Sequence record: SRR20825006_1030
Direction: 5' to 3' (one strand)
Length of the DNA stretch: 44,943 bases
Of the stretch, positions 41,215 through 44,943 are shown piece by piece (position 1 is the first letter of the stretch; each line of letters begins with the position of its first letter). The notes beneath the pieces are model-generated. The model was not told the DNA's origin, did not search any database, and worked only from the letters and a program-made list of their open reading frames with translations. The position numbers and the translations under genes were made by a program.

Positions 41215-42248
41215 AAAACGCCGACGTCACGCATCAGATCAATGGTCGGACGCAGATCAGCCAGACGGGTCAGATCAATTTGGGGTGGATTGATAGTTTT
41301 TAATCTCGGCAGCCCTTCCGGTGGCATGACGCCGTTAACCAGCGGGATTTCACACGCCTCTTCAGCCAGATAAGACTGCACTTCTTTGGTCAAAAGGTAA
41401 CGAATGAAGTTGGCTGGCAGTTCGCCTTCTTTCAGGGCAAGAATGCCGGAGGCATTCACCAGACAACCGGCATCATTATTGGTAAAGGCTAAGTCCACAT
41501 TGGCGTCCGGTTTACCGGCTTTGAGTCGCAGCGTGTAGTAATGATTCGCCAGGCCGATATCGACCTCACCACGCTCGACGGCCATCACTACCCCCAGTTC
41601 ACCGGCGAATTTCTTGGCCTTCCGGTTCATCGCTTTGAGCCACTCCCTGGTGACCTTGTCACCCTCGAGAATTCGCATACCGGTAACAAAGGACTGAAAA
41701 GCCGCGTAAGCCGGTGCCCAGCCGACACTATAGTCTGTATCGGGCAAGGCCATAATGTCATTGGGGATCTTGTCAGCGGTCAGACGCTCGGTGTTGAAAG
41801 GAATGGTACGAATCCGCCCGGTCACCGGCGCCCAGTCCGGAAAGCGGAATTCATCACGTAACTGGCCGGTCAGCTCTGCCGGTAATGTTTGTGCGAGTCC
41901 GGCGGCGGTAACCATACCCACCGCACCGGAGTCGACTGCCCAGAACAAGTCAGCCCGACGCACACCCGCTTTGGCCTCAGCCAGAATGGCATTAGTCAAA
42001 GACGCGGTCGGACCACGGCGGATTCGCAGTTTCAGATCCGGGTTACGATCTTCAATCGCTTTAATCACATTTTCATACAGGCCACCCTCACCTCGACCCA
42101 GGTAGAGGGTCAGTTCGCCTTCCAGTTTAGGCAGTTCCTCGACAGAAACGGCATCGGCCGGGTCGGCAAGAACCTGACTGATATTGAGTGGCAAAGCCCC
42201 GGCGGCAGCCAATGCGGCCAGGGATTGTATGAATGTTCTGCGTTGCAT
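41211..42248 (-). CDS. Fe3+ ABC transporter substrate-binding protein with a Tat signal
   Basis: QRRTFI twin-arginine motif; NHYY tyrosine pair as in FbpA/FutA. Confidence 0.85.
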   Translation of the reverse strand: MQRRTFIQSLAALAAAGALPLNISQVLADPADAVSVEELPKLEGELTLYLGRGEGGLYENVIKAIEDRNPDLKLRIRRGPTASLTNAILAEAKAGVRRADLFWAVDSGAVGMVTAAGLAQTLPAELTGQLRDEFRFPDWAPVTGRIRTIPFNTERLTADKIPNDIMALPDTDYSVGWAPAYAAFQSFVTGMRILEGDKVTREWLKAMNRKAKKFAGELGVVMAVERGEVDIGLANHYYTLRLKAGKPDANVDLAFTNNDAGCLVNASGILALKEGELPANFIRYLLTKEVQSYLAEEACEIPLVNGVMPPEGLPRLKTINPPQIDLTRLADLRPTIDLMRDVGVL

Positions 42249-43061
42249 TTAGAAAACGTCCTTTCTCTCTTCAGCAGATTTTTCCAACAAGGAACGGGCT
42301 GTGTTTATCTTGCCTTTCATTGTATTAACGACGTCACGGACTTCATCAATACTTTGACCGTTCTGAATCGCTTTCGGCAGCACCACATTGAAGTCTTTTT
42401 CCAGGTCTTCCACCAGATCGGCATTCAGCGAAATCAGTTCACCTTCAACGCCCTCAAACAGGTTCAGATAGGTGTCGTGCACAATGCTGACAGCTTCCTT
42501 TGGCAGTTTCTCGGCATATTTCGCCACTACTCGATCCAGCCGACTTTTGATGGCATCGAGTGCTTCCAGAGAATTGGTCGGGTTAGCCTGAGTCGTTGCC
42601 ACTTTTTCAGTGAGACCTTTTTCCTGGTATTGAGCGGCTAGCTTGACGGCGCCCAACGCCTGCCACAGTGACTGCTCAAGGAAACGTTGCTGTTTGCGTA
42701 CTTCTTCGATTGCGGCTTTTTCTTCAATCGCGCCTTTCACGCCAAACAGGCCCTGCCAGATTGAGGCATAGACCGGTACATAACTGGTTTCAATCGCTGA
42801 ATGGAATTTGACTTCCTCCCAATACTCAACCAGCAAGTCAGGTTCGGCTGCTTCCACGCCGCCTTCCTGATAACGGCTGATCATTTCATCAACCTTGGTG
42901 CCGATCCAGTTCACTTCCTGTGTGTAGGATTCAATATTGTCTGACAGGTGATTCACATGCTCGCCCACCGGACCATTGGCAAACGTGACGGGCGCTGTCA
43001 GCAATAGGCTGGCGGTCAATAAACTGGTCAGATAATGGCGTTTGAATCCATTGATTGTCAT
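42249..43061 (-). CDS. exported helical protein, first gene of the iron operon
   Basis: Signal peptide, AGGAG RBS, YLNLFEGVE and HSAIE motifs. Confidence 0.75.
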   Translation of the reverse strand: MTINGFKRHYLTSLLTASLLLTAPVTFANGPVGEHVNHLSDNIESYTQEVNWIGTKVDEMISRYQEGGVEAAEPDLLVEYWEEVKFHSAIETSYVPVYASIWQGLFGVKGAIEEKAAIEEVRKQQRFLEQSLWQALGAVKLAAQYQEKGLTEKVATTQANPTNSLEALDAIKSRLDRVVAKYAEKLPKEAVSIVHDTYLNLFEGVEGELISLNADLVEDLEKDFNVVLPKAIQNGQSIDEVRDVVNTMKGKINTARSLLEKSAEERKDVF

Positions 43062-43109
43062 CGTTCTATCTCCTGGCGTTGCGATGGTTTATAAAGTAAA
43101 GGCACCTTT

Positions 43110-43128
43110 GATAATGATACTCATTTCT
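43110..43128. promoter_or_regulatory. Fur box
   Basis: GATAATGATACTCATTTCT matches 15/19 to GATAATGATAATCATTATC, upstream of the iron operon. Confidence 0.8.
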
Positions 43129-43236
43129 ATTGGCAAGGTAAACTGATACCTGTTGCGATGTGCCTGTGCCCCATCGTCTGGTTAGGTGTCGATCAAGCTT
43201 CAAATCAGACACAAGCCGTGTGCACGAGTTCGAATT

Positions 43237-43255
43237 CAGTATCAGTATCATTCTC
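43237..43255 (-). promoter_or_regulatory. second, weaker Fur-like box
   Basis: GAGAATGATACTGATACTG matches 13/19. Confidence 0.45.
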
Positions 43256-43400
43256 AATCACAACTCAAAGCCGGTTATTATGAAGCAAAACAGGGGTTTC
43301 TCCTATCCTCGAAAGCGGATTCTCAATCAGCAACGCTACTGTGAAGGGAGGCGCCCATGTACAATTGCTCTTTTTCTGAATCAAAAGAAGCTGACTCACT

Positions 43401-44144
43401 ATGAAAATTCAAAGCGATTTTGTTGATCTGGATACAGCCACCGGCGTCATGCGTACCTATATACACCGCCCGGTCGGCAGTGGCAGCTATCCGGTCATTC
43501 TGTTTTATTCAGAGATCTTTCAGCAGACTGGTCCGATAGAGCGGGCTGCAAGGTTAATGGCAAGCCACGGTTATGCCGTGCTGGTACCCGAAGTCTTTCA
43601 TGAGCTGAACCCGATTGGCACCGTACTCGGCTATGATGATGCCGGCCGTGACAAGGGGAATGCCGATAAAGAAGCCAAAGATGTGCAGGGCTATGACTCG
43701 GACAATGTCGCCATGATTGAATACGTCAAAACACAACCGTGGTGCAATGGTCATATCGGGGCCATGGGTTATTGCATCGGCGGCCACCTGGCCTTTCGTG
43801 CCGCCCTTCAGCCGGAAGTCAAAGGGACAGCCTGTTTTTATGCCACCGACCTGCATATCCAGAAAATCCCAAACCAGCCGGGCCAGCACAGCATGGAACG
43901 GCTGGGTGATATCCAAGGCGAACTGCTGATGATCTGGGGCAAACAGGATAACCATGTACCGCGTGAAGGACTGGATAAAATTCACCAGCTGTTGAACCAG
44001 ACTGATATCACCTTCACCTGGCATGAATTCAATGCCGAGCATGCCTTCATGCGTGATGAAGGTGATGGTGGACGTTATGATGCCCAGACTGCGATGCTCG
44101 GTTACCAGTTGGCCTTAAACCTGTTCAGCCGGACATTACGTTAA
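43401..44144 (+). CDS. dienelactone hydrolase family protein
   Basis: GYCIGG nucleophile, GKQDNH, AEHAF. Confidence 0.9.
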   Translation: MKIQSDFVDLDTATGVMRTYIHRPVGSGSYPVILFYSEIFQQTGPIERAARLMASHGYAVLVPEVFHELNPIGTVLGYDDAGRDKGNADKEAKDVQGYDSDNVAMIEYVKTQPWCNGHIGAMGYCIGGHLAFRAALQPEVKGTACFYATDLHIQKIPNQPGQHSMERLGDIQGELLMIWGKQDNHVPREGLDKIHQLLNQTDITFTWHEFNAEHAFMRDEGDGGRYDAQTAMLGYQLALNLFSRTLR

Positions 44145-44167
44145 TCAGTCACACAGTAATTTTAGCG

Positions 44168-44203
44168 AAGGGGAGAGCCTGTGTTACCAGTCTCCCCTTT
44201 TTT
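44168..44203 (+). terminator. intrinsic terminator
   Basis: AAGGGGAGA...TCTCCCCTT stem plus T-tract. Confidence 0.7.
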
Positions 44204-44280
44204 ATTTCTGTTAACTGCGTCACATAACAACCCTGATCACAAGTGCAATACTTGCTGAGAGACTTTTGAGTGTACAAGCA

Positions 44281-44715
44281 ATGACGCAGCAAAGGAAAAC
44301 GCCCATGCTACTGAGCTGGCATGAGGAATTTGAGCAGCAGAAAGAAATCATTGATGAACAGCATCGTGCGATCCTGGCCAGCATTAACTCCATTCACTAC
44401 CTGTTTCTGAAGGGGGAGGATAACAACCTTATCAAGCACCTGATGATGCTCTACTCCCAGCTCCAAATACACTTCAAAACAGAGTTGCTAATCCTCGGTC
44501 AACATGAGTCGCCGTTGATCAATGAGTACGAACAACAAGCTAAAGATTTCCTTGATGGTCTGCTTGATATCTGTGAAGTTAAAAATCTGGACCATCAAAC
44601 CCAGGAATTATTCGAACAGTTCAAAAACTGGTGGCAGAACCATCTGGCATTACACCAGCAGATCACGCCCTATCTGTTTAAATGGGATGGTGATTTCTGC
44701 AGGGTGGTCGCCTGA
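44281..44715 (+). CDS. hemerythrin-like protein (degenerate)
   Basis: W...IDEQH...HFKTE...WWQNH. Confidence 0.75.
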   Translation: MTQQRKTPMLLSWHEEFEQQKEIIDEQHRAILASINSIHYLFLKGEDNNLIKHLMMLYSQLQIHFKTELLILGQHESPLINEYEQQAKDFLDGLLDICEVKNLDHQTQELFEQFKNWWQNHLALHQQITPYLFKWDGDFCRVVA

Positions 44716-44759
44716 TCAGCCATTCATGTCGCTAGCAGGCCCTGCTTTGACATGAATTC

Positions 44760-44804
44760 GGGGAGTGAGAGAATCGCAAAGATTCTGCCCACTCCCCTTT
44801 TTTT
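44760..44804 (+). terminator. intrinsic terminator
   Basis: GGGGAGTG...CACTCCCC stem plus T7. Confidence 0.65.
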
Positions 44805-44878
44805 ATGCGATTTGCATGACTGCTTCGGCGCTAAGCTTTTCTTTCTGCATGGGTTTCCAAAAAAGTCGAAACAAAGGC

Positions 44879-44906
44879 TTCACATTCTTAAAGGATGTTG
44901 TAGAAT
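44879..44906 (+). promoter_or_regulatory. sigma70 promoter of the tRNA
   Basis: TTCACA-N16-TAGAAT. Confidence 0.6.
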
Positions 44907-44920
44907 GCCTCGCTTTCTTG

Positions 44921-44943
44921 GGGTGCTTAGCTCAGCTGGGAGA
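44921..44943 (+). tRNA. tRNA 5' part, probably tRNA-Val; truncated by the window
   Basis: GGGTGCTTAGCTCAGCTGGGAGA acceptor stem and D-arm; the anticodon is not visible. Confidence 0.8.

Overview
Chromosomal window from a gammaproteobacterium, probably marine. It has two parts. (1) About 1-15.1 kb is a visibly more AT-rich accessory region (judged by eye). It holds an exonuclease fragment, four co-oriented small genes with decayed integron attC-like remnants, and a partly duplicated csrA / c-di-GMP / PAS-chemoreceptor module. It also holds an Ltp-family gene that sits just inside a putative Tn7-like transposon end (four TnsB-type repeats, a consensus IHF site and a terminal TGT at 12027). Orphan genes follow, including a HEPN-like ORF and a gene bracketed by GGGGACAGAT repeats. 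(2) About 15.3-44.9 kb is more core-like: a RAYT with GTAG-type REPs, a PQQ-type sugar dehydrogenase, stress genes, methyltransferase-InaA, a BCCT transporter, an AAA ATPase, a GNAT-deacetylase pair, a LysR-linked dabBA inorganic-carbon pump operon extended by a broken cysD and a DUF6671-like gene, monomeric icd, a Fur-boxed Fe3+ ABC system, a dienelactone hydrolase, a degenerate hemerythrin and the first 23 nt of a tRNA. All calls come from motif recognition; no database searches were run.
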